DNA from: a virus
Taxonomy: Duplodnaviria; Caudoviricetes
Virus record (IMG/VR): IMGVR_UViG_3300019889_000002
Location: 1-54,387 of that record
Direction: 5' to 3' (one strand)
DNA length: 54,387 nt
Positions within the stretch are counted from its first letter, which is position 1. Every line of letters begins with the position of its first letter. Below the pieces are notes generated by a model that worked only from the letters and a program-made list of their open reading frames with translations, had not been told where the DNA came from and ran no database searches. Positions 8,788-18,659 of this stretch are shown in pieces. The position numbers and the translations under genes were made by a program.

Positions 8788-9180
8788 ATGCACGACAACC
8801 CGACCACCCAGCCTGGCCCGTGGCCGCCGATCCCCCCCGCCTACGGAGGCCCCACACCGCCACCACAGCAGCAGCAGTGGCAACCCATGGGACGCGAATA
8901 CCTGCCGCCCCACCAGCCGTCCCCAGCCATGGCCATGATGTACGACAACCACGAGTTCTTGCCACCCCGACCTGTTCCCAATCCGAACCATTACCCCCCG
9001 CAGGTTTACCACGCCGCCGCCTACCGGGGCGTCTCCAAAGAACGCAAGCAAACGAGCCACACGTTCCACCTGTTGATGACCCTCTTCACCTGTGGACTGT
9101 GGGCGCTCTGCGTATGGGCGCCCCTCACCATCTGGCACGCCATGGGGCCACGCCGCAAAAACGTCACCAGGTACCGGTAG
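8788..9180 (+). CDS. Pro-rich membrane protein
   Basis: HTFHLLMTLFTCGLWALCVW membrane motif. Confidence 0.7.
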   Translation: MHDNPTTQPGPWPPIPPAYGGPTPPPQQQQWQPMGREYLPPHQPSPAMAMMYDNHEFLPPRPVPNPNHYPPQVYHAAAYRGVSKERKQTSHTFHLLMTLFTCGLWALCVWAPLTIWHAMGPRRKNVTRYR

Positions 9181-9182
9181 CC

Positions 9183-9425
9183 ATGGCCACGTATACGCTC
9201 CCCGGTGAAGGACCCTGCCCCGACTGCGACACACCGATGTCAGTCCGCCGGATCGTCCGGAACCTGAACCCCAACCGGACCGCTGACGATGCGATCCCGC
9301 AAGCCGCGTACCGGATCAGACTCGCCTGCGACCACGTCGTGACCTGCGACAGTGACTCGCATGAGATCACCGACCAACGCGCCGAGGACACCACCCTCCT
9401 GCAATTCGAAAGGACTTCCCCGTGA
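9183..9425 (+). CDS. Hypothetical zinc-ribbon protein
   Basis: CPDC...CDH. Confidence 0.55.
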   Translation: MATYTLPGEGPCPDCDTPMSVRRIVRNLNPNRTADDAIPQAAYRIRLACDHVVTCDSDSHEITDQRAEDTTLLQFERTSP

Positions 9426-9691
9426 CCAGGATGTCCCCCGAATGCGAAGTCACCTACCAAGACGCAGCCATCAACCTGACCCTCGTCTGCGCGATCAGCC
9501 GATACCACAAAGGGCGACACCAAACCCGGCGCGGCACCACCTGGACAGACCCCGCACCAGTCACCGATGAGCACCCGCGTGCCACCGAGACAGCCTGCGG
9601 GACACCACTCGTGAAAGGCATCCCATCCCCCTGGTGCCTCCGCACCCCCGGACACACTGGCCCCCACAGCCTCTACACCGACACACCATGA
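9422..9691 (+). CDS. Hypothetical protein with two C-C-H-x-G-x-H modules
   Basis: CAISRYHKGRH and CLRTPGHTGPH. Confidence 0.65.
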   Translation: MTRMSPECEVTYQDAAINLTLVCAISRYHKGRHQTRRGTTWTDPAPVTDEHPRATETACGTPLVKGIPSPWCLRTPGHTGPHSLYTDTP

Positions 9692-9801
9692 TGTGGACCG
9701 AAATCACGGCACTCGCGTTCCTCGCCGGAGGACTGGTCACCATCGCCGGAGCCACCGCCCTACTCCTACACCTCATCTACGGACGGAAGAACACACCATG
9801 A
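9688..9801 (+). CDS. Small membrane peptide (37 aa)
   Basis: MMWTEITALAFLAGGLVTIAGATALLLHLIY; ATGA overlaps. Confidence 0.6.
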   Translation: MMWTEITALAFLAGGLVTIAGATALLLHLIYGRKNTP

Positions 9802-9908
9802 ACCAGCCCCGCTCCGTCCGCATCGCCGGATGGACATTCATCGCCATCGGCCTGGTCGCCATAGCCACCAGCTGCGGCCTCATCGGCTACCTCTTCGGAA
9901 CACCATGA
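9798..9908 (+). CDS. Small membrane peptide (36 aa)
   Basis: IAGWTFIAIGLVAIATSCGLIGYLF; ATGA overlaps. Confidence 0.6.
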   Translation: MNQPRSVRIAGWTFIAIGLVAIATSCGLIGYLFGTP

Positions 9909-10075
9909 ACATGGCCCTCATGATCGCCGGCTGCGCCATATGCGTCGCCTCGAACGCCCTCATGATCACCATCCCCACCCGCACGCCCATGGCGCGCCGT
10001 TTCGCCACCGTCATCGGCGTGTGGGCCATCGGCGTCGTACTCATGCTCGCTGGAACCCTGGAAGTCATCGCATGA
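9905..10075 (+). CDS. Small two-TM membrane protein
   Basis: Hydrophobic sequence; ATGA overlaps. Confidence 0.6.
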   Translation: MNMALMIAGCAICVASNALMITIPTRTPMARRFATVIGVWAIGVVLMLAGTLEVIA

Positions 10076-10428
10076 ACACCATCCGGTTCACGCCACTCGA
10101 CGAACAAGGCCAACCCGCCGGGCCGGCCACCACCATGGAAGGCAGCTTCGACACCACCCAAGACATCACCCAGACCGGCGACGAACCGGTCCCAACCCTC
10201 ACATGGCCAACCGTGAACATCACATTCGACATCGACGTTACTAAATGGCGACGCGAATTCGCCCGCATTATCCCCATCATCCTCACCCGCAAACAACACC
10301 GCAAGTTCTTGAAGGCATACAAGCAGTCAATGTTCCGTCGACCCCGACCCGGCCCGCCATCATCTCCCTACGCACACGGCTACCAGAAACGTGTCCGAGC
10401 ACGACAGAAAAGGAGAAACCGACGATGA
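10072..10428 (+). CDS. Hypothetical protein with basic C-terminus
   Basis: ATGA overlap. Confidence 0.6.
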   Translation: MNTIRFTPLDEQGQPAGPATTMEGSFDTTQDITQTGDEPVPTLTWPTVNITFDIDVTKWRREFARIIPIILTRKQHRKFLKAYKQSMFRRPRPGPPSSPYAHGYQKRVRARQKRRNRR

Positions 10429-10742
10429 GGAACCCATTCAAACGCCGCCGCGCCCAACTGCCACCACTCAAAGAAGGCCCCTACCGCACACCGGCCCCCG
10501 ACGATGGACATCCCGGCGCCTGGAGGACAGACATCGCCCGCGCCGCCGATCTGGCCAACTCCATCGCCCACCGGCCGTGCACCGCGTCCGGCATCACCAA
10601 CGACCCCAACTGCCTATGCAATCAACCGGCACCCGAAGCCACCACCCCAGCACACGCCACCCTCGACCTACCCGAACTCCCCCAAACCCAACAGCCAACA
10701 CTGTTAACAACAGCGGAAACTAAGCCATGGAGACGTCCGTGA
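10425..10742 (+). CDS. Hypothetical protein
   Basis: AAGGAG RBS; ATGA overlap. Confidence 0.55.
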   Translation: MRNPFKRRRAQLPPLKEGPYRTPAPDDGHPGAWRTDIARAADLANSIAHRPCTASGITNDPNCLCNQPAPEATTPAHATLDLPELPQTQQPTLLTTAETKPWRRP

Positions 10743-11347
10743 CCACACAAAGCCATGAACCAAACCCAAAATGCGGCAGCCGAAAAAAACAAAGCGAAGG
10801 CACCTGCCGCAACGCCGCCGGATACAAGACCGACCACCCCGGCGTCGGGAAATGCCACCTCCACGGAGGAAGCATGCGCAACCACAAAATCGCTGCGACC
10901 AGGGAACTAGCAGCCAAAGCAGTCGCCACCTATGGTCTGCCCCGTGAGATCGATCCATCCACCGCGCTCCTCGAGGAAGTCCACCGGACCGCTGGGCATG
11001 TCGACTGGCTGCGAGTGAAAGTCGCCGAGCTTGAGGACAAGGATCTCGTGTGGGGCGTGAGCGAAGTGAAAGCGTCCGACGGGAAAGACGGCAACTCCGT
11101 CACCGAGACAGCCGTAGCATCGATGTGGGTGCAGTTGTACAACGACGAACGCAAAAGGCTCGTCGACGTCTGCAAAGCCGCCATCAGCGCAGGGATAGAA
11201 GAACGCCGCGTCCACCTCGCCGAATCGCAGGGCACATTGATGGCCACCGCGATCAGGGCGATCCTCGCCGACCTACACCTCTCTATCGAGCAACAGCAAC
11301 TCGTCGCCACCATCGTCCCCAAACATCTAAGGCAGTTGACAGCATGA
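10727..11347 (+). CDS. Probable terminase small subunit (HGGxSTG-like Zn knuckle)
   Basis: KCGSRKK...C...GKCHLHGGS followed by a helical region; upstream of terL. Confidence 0.6.
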   Translation: METSVTTQSHEPNPKCGSRKKQSEGTCRNAAGYKTDHPGVGKCHLHGGSMRNHKIAATRELAAKAVATYGLPREIDPSTALLEEVHRTAGHVDWLRVKVAELEDKDLVWGVSEVKASDGKDGNSVTETAVASMWVQLYNDERKRLVDVCKAAISAGIEERRVHLAESQGTLMATAIRAILADLHLSIEQQQLVATIVPKHLRQLTA

Positions 11348-11706
11348 ACAACAACCCGTGGATATACCCCTGCTGGGCGTGCCGACCGGCGTGCCCGGAA
11401 TGCGGTACACCAGTAGAACGCCTATACGTCGAACTGATCAAAGAACCCGACGACTTCACGAGTCCTTTCCGGGTAGGAATGGAATACGTTCAAGCACCAC
11501 TCGAGCCATGCGGGTGCACCTGGGAGTCACGCCGAGGCACCTACATGGAGGCAGAGTTTTACTCCCCTGAACCGTTCAGCGGCCGGATTGAACACACCCA
11601 GGTGGTGTTCCGTGAAACCACGCCCGCCACCCGAGACACCAACTACATCATCCGGACCACTGGGGAAGACGACCCACCAGACTGCACAAGGAAGGACACA
11701 GCATGA
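11344..11706 (+). CDS. Hypothetical zinc-ribbon protein
   Basis: CWAC, CPECG, PCGC. Confidence 0.6.
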   Translation: MNNNPWIYPCWACRPACPECGTPVERLYVELIKEPDDFTSPFRVGMEYVQAPLEPCGCTWESRRGTYMEAEFYSPEPFSGRIEHTQVVFRETTPATRDTNYIIRTTGEDDPPDCTRKDTA

Positions 11707-12017
11707 ACAAATACGATGACACGCGCCGTAATGATGCTCTGACCAGATGCCGACGTATGCGAGACGAAAGCCTCGCCAGCGGCGACCACGCTGGTGCCAC
11801 CATCGTCGAAAACCTGATCACCAATCTGGAGGCCGGCACTGCGGCTACCTGTCCGACCTGCGACGCATACCTAGGGCTAGGTCCACACTCCGAAAATTGC
11901 CAGTGGTGGAAATCCAAAAGAGCAACCGCACCTCCTATCTTCTATGACCTTTGCCCACCCATCGAATCAGACGATGTGGGCATGATGGATATCCCGCGCA
12001 TCGGCCGCGACACATGA
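11703..12017 (+). CDS. Hypothetical protein
   Basis: AAGGA RBS; CPTC...H..NC. Confidence 0.6.
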   Translation: MNKYDDTRRNDALTRCRRMRDESLASGDHAGATIVENLITNLEAGTAATCPTCDAYLGLGPHSENCQWWKSKRATAPPIFYDLCPPIESDDVGMMDIPRIGRDT

Positions 12018-12112
12018 ACGCGACCACTCTCGCCTGGCTCGTCTGGTCTCTTGGTGTCCTGGTCATTGTGGTCGGGGCGCTGGTCTACCTGATCCAGGGG
12101 ATACGCCGGTGA
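12014..12112 (+). CDS. Small membrane peptide (32 aa)
   Basis: MNATTLAWLVWSLGVLVIVVGALVYLIQGIRR. Confidence 0.55.
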   Translation: MNATTLAWLVWSLGVLVIVVGALVYLIQGIRR

Positions 12113-12225
12113 CCCCCACATTCCTTTCCTGGCTGGTCCTGACCGGGTTCGCAACCATCGGCGCCAGCGTGTTGGTCTTCCTGATCCGGGCGACGATGCG
12201 TCACAATCGGTTACATGATCATTGA
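12109..12225 (+). CDS. Small membrane peptide overlapping the terL start
   Basis: GTGA overlap; FLSWLVLTGFATIGASVLVFLI; TTA codon at 12211. Confidence 0.5.
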   Translation: MTPTFLSWLVLTGFATIGASVLVFLIRATMRHNRLHDH

Positions 12226-13732
12226 CGCGTTCGAGCACGCCGCCCGGTCGTTCGAACCCAGCCCCGCCGACAAGTGGCTGTACGACCCCGTCAGCTGGGC
12301 TCGCGAGTGCGTCCGCTGGCCAAACCAGGGCGGGCTCACGTTCTACCAGGAGATGATCCTGGCCGAGCTCGTCGCCAAACACAGGCTGGCAGTGCGGGGT
12401 CCCCATGGATTGGGTAAGACCGCGGTCGCGTCGATCGTGATTCTCTGGTTCGCGACAACCCGCGACGCCGCCGGCATGGACTGGAAAGTCATCACCACGG
12501 CCAGCGCTTGGAGACAGCTCAGCGCGTTCCTATGGCCCGAGGTCCGGCGTTGGTCCCGCCTATTGAACGTTGAGGCGCTCGGCCGCGGGGAGCTCTCCAA
12601 CCGGACCGAAATGCTGGACCTCAACCTGAAACTCAAGCACGGCGCGGCGACCGCTGTAGCGTCAAGCGACCCCGCCAAAATCGAGGGCGCCCACGCAGAC
12701 AGCCTCCTCTATATCGTCGACGAATCCAAGACCGTCCCCGTCGAAACGTGGGACGCCATCGAGGGCGCGTTCTCCGGCGGCCACACGACCGGCCTCCCCG
12801 AAGCGTTCGCGCTCGCCTTGTCGACACCAGGCCCGACAGCGGGCCGCTTCTACGACATCCACAAACGCGCGCCCGGTCTCGAGGACTGGCACCCCATCCA
12901 CGTCACGTTGGCTGATGCGATCAAAGCGGACCGGATCTCCCCCGAGTGGGCCGAGCAGCGGAAACGGCAGTGGGGCGCCGACTCGTCGATGTACGCGACC
13001 CGTGTGCTGGGTGAGTTTCATGCCGGTGACGACGACGCCCTGATCCCCCTGTCTTGGGTGGAGGCTGCGGTGGAGCGGTGGCACGCCTGGGTGGACGCTG
13101 GCCGGCCGCCGTTGGAGGGTCGCAGGTTCCTGTCCGTGGATGTCGCTAGGACCGGCGGCGATAAAACCATGTTCGCGCACCGGGCCGGCCCCGCCATCAC
13201 CAGCCTCGAAGAGGTGCACACGACGGACACGATGACCACCACCGCCCGGATACAGGCAGCAATAGCCGGCGGCGACATCACCCCGATCGTCGACAGTGCC
13301 GGTGTCGGTGGTGGTGTCGTCGACCGGCTCCGTGAACTCGGTGTCAAAGTGATCGCCTACACGGGGGCGGCGAAGACCACCGCGAAAGACCGCACTCGCG
13401 AGTTCACGTATTCGAATACGCGGAGTGCCGCTTATTGGAATCTGCGGCAGCTTCTCGACCCCGCCAACGACTCCGAGATTATGTTGCCGCCGTCCGACGA
13501 ACTCACGGCCGACCTGACTACCCCGCGCTGGGATATCGCCACCGGTGTACCCCCGCGGATCAAGGTCGAACCGAAAGACGATCTGGTGAAACGGCTCGGC
13601 CGGAGCCCCGACAGCGGCGACAGCATTGCCATGGCCTACTGGGCTGATGCGATGACCGCGGTGTCCCGGTTGATTACGGCACCTAAAGGAACAGTGTTCC
13701 CGTCGTCGTCGTTGGGGTCTCTGGCGCGGTAA
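12215..13732 (+). CDS. terL: Terminase large subunit
   Basis: Walker A GPHGLGKT, Walker B LYIVDES, STP coupling motif, nuclease SVDVA and SPDSGDS. Confidence 0.95.
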   Translation: MIIDAFEHAARSFEPSPADKWLYDPVSWARECVRWPNQGGLTFYQEMILAELVAKHRLAVRGPHGLGKTAVASIVILWFATTRDAAGMDWKVITTASAWRQLSAFLWPEVRRWSRLLNVEALGRGELSNRTEMLDLNLKLKHGAATAVASSDPAKIEGAHADSLLYIVDESKTVPVETWDAIEGAFSGGHTTGLPEAFALALSTPGPTAGRFYDIHKRAPGLEDWHPIHVTLADAIKADRISPEWAEQRKRQWGADSSMYATRVLGEFHAGDDDALIPLSWVEAAVERWHAWVDAGRPPLEGRRFLSVDVARTGGDKTMFAHRAGPAITSLEEVHTTDTMTTTARIQAAIAGGDITPIVDSAGVGGGVVDRLRELGVKVIAYTGAAKTTAKDRTREFTYSNTRSAAYWNLRQLLDPANDSEIMLPPSDELTADLTTPRWDIATGVPPRIKVEPKDDLVKRLGRSPDSGDSIAMAYWADAMTAVSRLITAPKGTVFPSSSLGSLAR

Positions 13733-13741
13733 CATCCCATT

Positions 13742-14047
13742 ATGCAGGGATGGTGGTGGATCGTGTACGCACTGGCAGTCGCGCGGGCCACCGGCCTGGT
13801 CTCCACCGACGAGCTAACGAAACCGTGGCGCGACTGGCTGTTCCGTCGGTTGAACCCGGATAAGCGGTGGCATGAACGGCTCGCCTACCTCGTCGAATGT
13901 CCCTGGTGCACATCCATGTGGCTGTCCGCCGGCCTGGTCCCAGTTGCGTACTGGTGGGGAGCGCACTGGTCGATACAGATCCTCGGTCTCATTGGCGCGT
14001 CATCGCAGGTCACCGGCATGCTGTCGCAGACCGGCCGCAACAATTAG
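13742..14047 (+). CDS. DUF1360-like membrane protein
   Basis: LVECPWCTSMW motif with TM segments; between terL and portal. Confidence 0.75.
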   Translation: MQGWWWIVYALAVARATGLVSTDELTKPWRDWLFRRLNPDKRWHERLAYLVECPWCTSMWLSAGLVPVAYWWGAHWSIQILGLIGASSQVTGMLSQTGRNN

Positions 14048-14060
14048 GGAGCGTTGACGC

Positions 14061-16010
14061 GTGGGGCTACTCACCAGGAAACAGACACCAGCCCGGACTG
14101 TCCCCTCCCCGACGCCTGACCGTGCCTGCACCGGCCACACCCGCGCTGGCCGGGCGTGCGGGCAGTGGGCGAAACGCGGCCTAGCCACGTGCCACGCCCA
14201 CACGCCACCCCCAGCGCTCACCGCAGCCGTGGTGGGGGAGCAATCCAACACCCGCGGGTCACTCACCGCCGCGGGGATGCCCATCTCGTTTAAGGGTGCG
14301 GCGTGGAAAGACTGGAAACCCGGAGACCGCGCGTGGCAGCAAGACGCCTGGCGCCTCTACGACATCACCGGGCAACTCCGGTTCGTCGCCCGCAGCGTCG
14401 CCAACTCGATGTCCCTATGTCGCCTGTACGTCGCGGAGCTCGATGAAGCCGGGAACATTATCGGCGAGACAGAAGACCCCGAGATAGCGGCACTCGCCGC
14501 CGTCCCCTTGGGTACCGGGCCACAGAAAGCCGAGAACATACAGTCCCTCGGGCTGCAACTGTTCGTCGTCGGTGAGGCGTATCTCGTTGCCGAGTCGAAG
14601 GGCGCCGAAGACGGCGGCGACCTGTGGTATCCGATCGCCGGGCGTGAGGTCAAGAAAACCGGGAGCACGCTGACGGTTGTCCGGCCGCCGCAGCATGGTG
14701 GCGGTGTCCTTGAATACCGGGACGGCGTGGACAGTCTCGAACGGATCTGGACACCGCACCCTGCCGATTCGAACGAACCCGATGCACCTGTCCGCAGTGC
14801 GATCCCTGACCTCCGCAAACTGGAGGCCATCAGGAAGCGAATGTTCGCCGAGCTTGATTCACGTTTGACGGGTGCGGGTGTCTGGTTCCTCCCCGACAAC
14901 CTCGACTTCCCGGCCTCCGACGACAACCCCGGCGGCGTCGAAGGGTTCTACCAGCATTTGACCGAAGTCATGTCCACGGCCATCCAAGACCGGTCATCAG
15001 CCAGCGCTGTCGCCCCCAACGTTGTTCCCGTCCCGGCTGACCTCCTCGACAAGATCAAACCACCCGTCACGTTCTGGTCAGAACTAGACGCGCAACTCCT
15101 CCCGATGGAAGAGGCAACGTTCAAGTCGCTGGCGCAATCATTGGATGCGCCCGTCGAAATGATGATGGGCACCGGCGAAAGCAACCACTGGTCGGCCTGG
15201 TTGATTGCCGAGGAGACCATCAAAACCCACTACGAACCACCACTCAACCGGATAGCTGATGCGATCACCCGCATGTACCTGCACGGTGCGATCGCCGCAA
15301 TCCGGCCGAACGTTGACGCCCGCCGGTTCGCGTACGCGTTCGACACTGGCCCGTTGCGGGTCCGTGCTGACCGGTCCACTGACGCCCTGGCATTGCATGA
15401 GCGTCACTTGTTGTCCGATGATGCGACGGTGGAGGCCGCGAATTTCCCGGTCGAAGAAATGCCCGACCAGCAGGAGAAACTTCGCAGGCTTGCGGAGGAG
15501 CTGTTCCGCAGCGCCCCCAATATTGCGTTGCTTGACCCGCAGTTGCGGGAACTCGTTGGCCTGTCCACTGACATTCCCGCGATCGGCCCGGCTACTGAAC
15601 CTGTGGTCGAGCCGGAGCCTGTAGTTGAGGTGGAGGAACCGCGTGCGCTCCCCGAGCAACCCGATGAGGCACCGCCGCCGGGGGATGGGTTGACGGCGGC
15701 GTGCGAGATCGCTGTCCTCCGCGCGTTGGAGTTGGCGGGTGGCAGGCTTGTTCCGCATCGGGAACGCGGCGACACGCCGAGACACCAGTTGCATACGAGG
15801 GTCGCTGCGGCGGACCGGGGGACAGCCGATAAAGCTTTGGCCGACGCGTGGACTCACCTACCTGTGATCGCGCAGGCGTTCAACCTACCGGTAGACAGAC
15901 TGCACATCCTCCTTAACGGGTACGTCATGGAGCTGATAACCAGGGGCCGCGAACACGAACGTGGCCTCCTGGCGGCTCTGGTGGCGGCGGCACGGACGGG
16001 AGTCCGGTAA
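14061..16010 (+). CDS. Portal protein
   Basis: Position and size; WQQDAWRLYD, SRLTGAG, NHWSAW motifs of actinophage portals. Confidence 0.85.
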   Translation: MGLLTRKQTPARTVPSPTPDRACTGHTRAGRACGQWAKRGLATCHAHTPPPALTAAVVGEQSNTRGSLTAAGMPISFKGAAWKDWKPGDRAWQQDAWRLYDITGQLRFVARSVANSMSLCRLYVAELDEAGNIIGETEDPEIAALAAVPLGTGPQKAENIQSLGLQLFVVGEAYLVAESKGAEDGGDLWYPIAGREVKKTGSTLTVVRPPQHGGGVLEYRDGVDSLERIWTPHPADSNEPDAPVRSAIPDLRKLEAIRKRMFAELDSRLTGAGVWFLPDNLDFPASDDNPGGVEGFYQHLTEVMSTAIQDRSSASAVAPNVVPVPADLLDKIKPPVTFWSELDAQLLPMEEATFKSLAQSLDAPVEMMMGTGESNHWSAWLIAEETIKTHYEPPLNRIADAITRMYLHGAIAAIRPNVDARRFAYAFDTGPLRVRADRSTDALALHERHLLSDDATVEAANFPVEEMPDQQEKLRRLAEELFRSAPNIALLDPQLRELVGLSTDIPAIGPATEPVVEPEPVVEVEEPRALPEQPDEAPPPGDGLTAACEIAVLRALELAGGRLVPHRERGDTPRHQLHTRVAAADRGTADKALADAWTHLPVIAQAFNLPVDRLHILLNGYVMELITRGREHERGLLAALVAAARTGVR

Positions 16011-16855
16011 TGCCACCGGTGGTGTGGGACGGCGACGGGGTAGACCCGTGGCTGCCTGCCCGTTTGAATGCGATCGCTGACGCCGCCGAAGCCGAACGCA
16101 CCGTCTACGACGGATACTTCGCGCGGCTATCGGCGTGGCTGGTCCTTGCTTTGCGTGCTGTTCTTCGGCCTGGGCAGCGCCCCGACCCGTACGGTGTGTT
16201 CGCTGTCGCCCCCGAATGGAATACGAGCATGCGCGAGTTCGTGAACACGACGGTGAAAGAGGTCATGGGCGGCGCCTACTCGCGTCTGCTGGGTGACGGC
16301 TACCGGTTCGATGCCCGGCCCGCCGTCACCGCGCACCTCGCGGAAGTACGGAACCGGATGGTCCGCACCCCCGACGAAGTGTTCGACCTGATCGCCGCCG
16401 ACATCGCCGAAGGAGCCAACCGGGGCGACACGATCCCCGAGGCCGCGGAACGGATCGACGAGATCCTCGACGCAACCGAGACTCCACGTTGGAGAAACAG
16501 GTCGACCGTCGTGGCCAGGACCGAGACTCTCGCCGCGCTCAACCGAGGCCGCGCCGATGCGTTCGATGCTGTGGCACAGGAACTCACCGAGGCTCCCGAG
16601 CCTGGTGAGGAACCTGTCCGGTTCGAAAGGCAATGGCTCTCCACTCTAGACACTAGAACAAGGGCTTCGCATCGTACCGCGGATGGTCAGCGCGTCGGGC
16701 TCAATGAACCGTTCAACGTCGGCGGGTTCCCGTTGATGCAGCCCGGTGACCCCGCTGGTCCACCCCAGGAAACCATCCAATGTAGATGCACAATTTTGTT
16801 GATGGAAGTCGGAGAAACCGCCGACATGTCCAACAGGCCGTTCCGGACTTTCTGA
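16010..16855 (+). CDS. MuF-like minor head protein
   Basis: VARTE, WLSTLDTRTRASH, PGDP...IQCRC. Confidence 0.9.
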   Translation: MPPVVWDGDGVDPWLPARLNAIADAAEAERTVYDGYFARLSAWLVLALRAVLRPGQRPDPYGVFAVAPEWNTSMREFVNTTVKEVMGGAYSRLLGDGYRFDARPAVTAHLAEVRNRMVRTPDEVFDLIAADIAEGANRGDTIPEAAERIDEILDATETPRWRNRSTVVARTETLAALNRGRADAFDAVAQELTEAPEPGEEPVRFERQWLSTLDTRTRASHRTADGQRVGLNEPFNVGGFPLMQPGDPAGPPQETIQCRCTILLMEVGETADMSNRPFRTF

Positions 16856-16886
16856 GCAATACTGAACACGACGTAAGGAGCACGAC

Positions 16887-18431
16887 ATGGGCACTAGGTG
16901 GCGGCATCTACTCGCACCCGTCGGCGTACCAACCGGCGACGGACGGCGTTTCGCGGCCGGTTCGATTACGCACCGGGAACTTCCCTTGGCGTTGAAGTGG
17001 CAGCGCAGCGATGAGCCGGGGCACGACACGTCCGTGTCCGTCGCGTCGATCGACAGCATCGAGGTCGGGGACGGCGAGGTGTGGGGAGAGGGCGAATGGT
17101 TCGACGACATCGACGCCCAAGCTATGCCGCGCCTCGCCGAGGACGTAGCCGAGGCCATGCACCTCTACAACAAGGGTGTCCTGGGTCCCTCCGTCGACGC
17201 TGGCAGCGCGACCGCTACGGAGGTGGACGCCGCGACCGGTGAACCATTCACCGACGAACAGTGGATGGAAATCATGGAGGGCGGGGAGATGCCTGCCACG
17301 GAGATCCTGTTCAGTGCGTACGAGATCGCTGCGGCGACGCTCGTGCCAATCCCCGCCTATGCCGAAACGGGTCAGGCCGCCGCTAACGACAGTGAACCCG
17401 CCGAGGAAGAACCGGCCGACGGTGATGACGGTGAGGGTGAATGCCCGGACGGTCAGCACCTGGTCGACGGTGAATGCGTTCCCATCGAAGAAGACGAACC
17501 AGCACCGGCCGACACGGTGGCTGCTGCGGCGCGGTTCGCTCTGGTGGCGAGTGCCCCGGTGTTGGATGCGTCGCTGTTCGACGACCCGCAACTGTCCGAG
17601 GTGACTCCGTTCACGTATGACCCGGAGACGGGGCGGGTGTTTGGGCATTTGGCGACGTTCGATACGTGCCATGTTGGTTACAAGTCGATGTGTGTCGCTC
17701 CGCCCGAGAGCGTCACGGATTATGCGATGTTCCACCGGTACCCCCTCAACACCACGGCGGGCCTGGTCGCGGCTGGCCGCCTGACCACGGGGCACGGCAA
17801 GACCGGTACCGGCTGTACACATGCCGGGTGCCGCAACCTTGACGATCATGCCTGTACTGAACTGGACTTCGCTGGCGCTGTCGCCCACCACGACGGGATG
17901 CGGCAACTCGCGCACGTCCGGGTCGGTGTCGACGAAACCAACAACGCGATCTGGTTCGCCGGTGTCGCCACCGGTGACCTGACTCCCGACGACGTGAGGG
18001 TGATGTCCCGCCGTGAAGTGTCGGGTGACTGGCGCGACTACGCCGGGACGCTAGAGCTCGGTGAAATCCTGGCACTCGCCAGCGCTGACCCTGGTTTCCC
18101 GTTGCCGCACGCTGCGGTGCGTGACGGCCGTCAGGTTGCGTTGGTTGCTGCGGCTCCGGTGCGGCCACCGGTCGTGGCTGCTGGTCTGCCGTTGACTGAG
18201 CTCGCGGAGATCGCGGACACGTTGACGCGGATCGCTGGGCAGCTCATGGACGCCAGTAACGAAGAAGAGGCGGAGCAGGCCGAGGAAGAAGACGCGCCTG
18301 TGACTGAGGAACCGGATATGACTGGTGTTGTGGCGGCGCTACAGTCAACCATTGATCACGCTCGCGGCCAGCTGGCTACCCGGCAAGCCTCGGCCCTGAA
18401 ACGAAAGCTGGATCGTCATGTGTTGCGGTAA
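16887..18431 (+). CDS. Capsid maturation protease (two-domain)
   Basis: TGDGRRF, GPSVD, ATLVPIPAY; second domain GRVFGHLA...SGDWR...PGFP. Confidence 0.8.
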   Translation: MGTRWRHLLAPVGVPTGDGRRFAAGSITHRELPLALKWQRSDEPGHDTSVSVASIDSIEVGDGEVWGEGEWFDDIDAQAMPRLAEDVAEAMHLYNKGVLGPSVDAGSATATEVDAATGEPFTDEQWMEIMEGGEMPATEILFSAYEIAAATLVPIPAYAETGQAAANDSEPAEEEPADGDDGEGECPDGQHLVDGECVPIEEDEPAPADTVAAAARFALVASAPVLDASLFDDPQLSEVTPFTYDPETGRVFGHLATFDTCHVGYKSMCVAPPESVTDYAMFHRYPLNTTAGLVAAGRLTTGHGKTGTGCTHAGCRNLDDHACTELDFAGAVAHHDGMRQLAHVRVGVDETNNAIWFAGVATGDLTPDDVRVMSRREVSGDWRDYAGTLELGEILALASADPGFPLPHAAVRDGRQVALVAAAPVRPPVVAAGLPLTELAEIADTLTRIAGQLMDASNEEEAEQAEEEDAPVTEEPDMTGVVAALQSTIDHARGQLATRQASALKRKLDRHVLR

Positions 18432-18564
18432 CACGCCTAAGGCGCGCACCAAATACGAGGTCACGTACAGCGACGGCAGTAAGGTCACGAAGTCGTCGCT
18501 GGGTGCGGCACGGATCGCGGCGTCCCGTGACCCGAAAGCGACCATCAAAGCCATCGACAGCTGA
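18418..18564 (+). CDS. Small protein MCCG... (48 aa) before the capsid gene
   Basis: MCCGNTPKARTKYEVTYSDGSK; below the ORF-track cutoff. Confidence 0.65.
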   Translation: MCCGNTPKARTKYEVTYSDGSKVTKSSLGAARIAASRDPKATIKAIDS

Positions 18565-18659
18565 ACTGGCCGCAACTGTGTTATAACTGTGCTTAGACGT
18601 TCCAGTGCTGCTGCGGTCCGGCTGGGTAAACCACTCCATTTATGTGAGGGTGAACCAAC

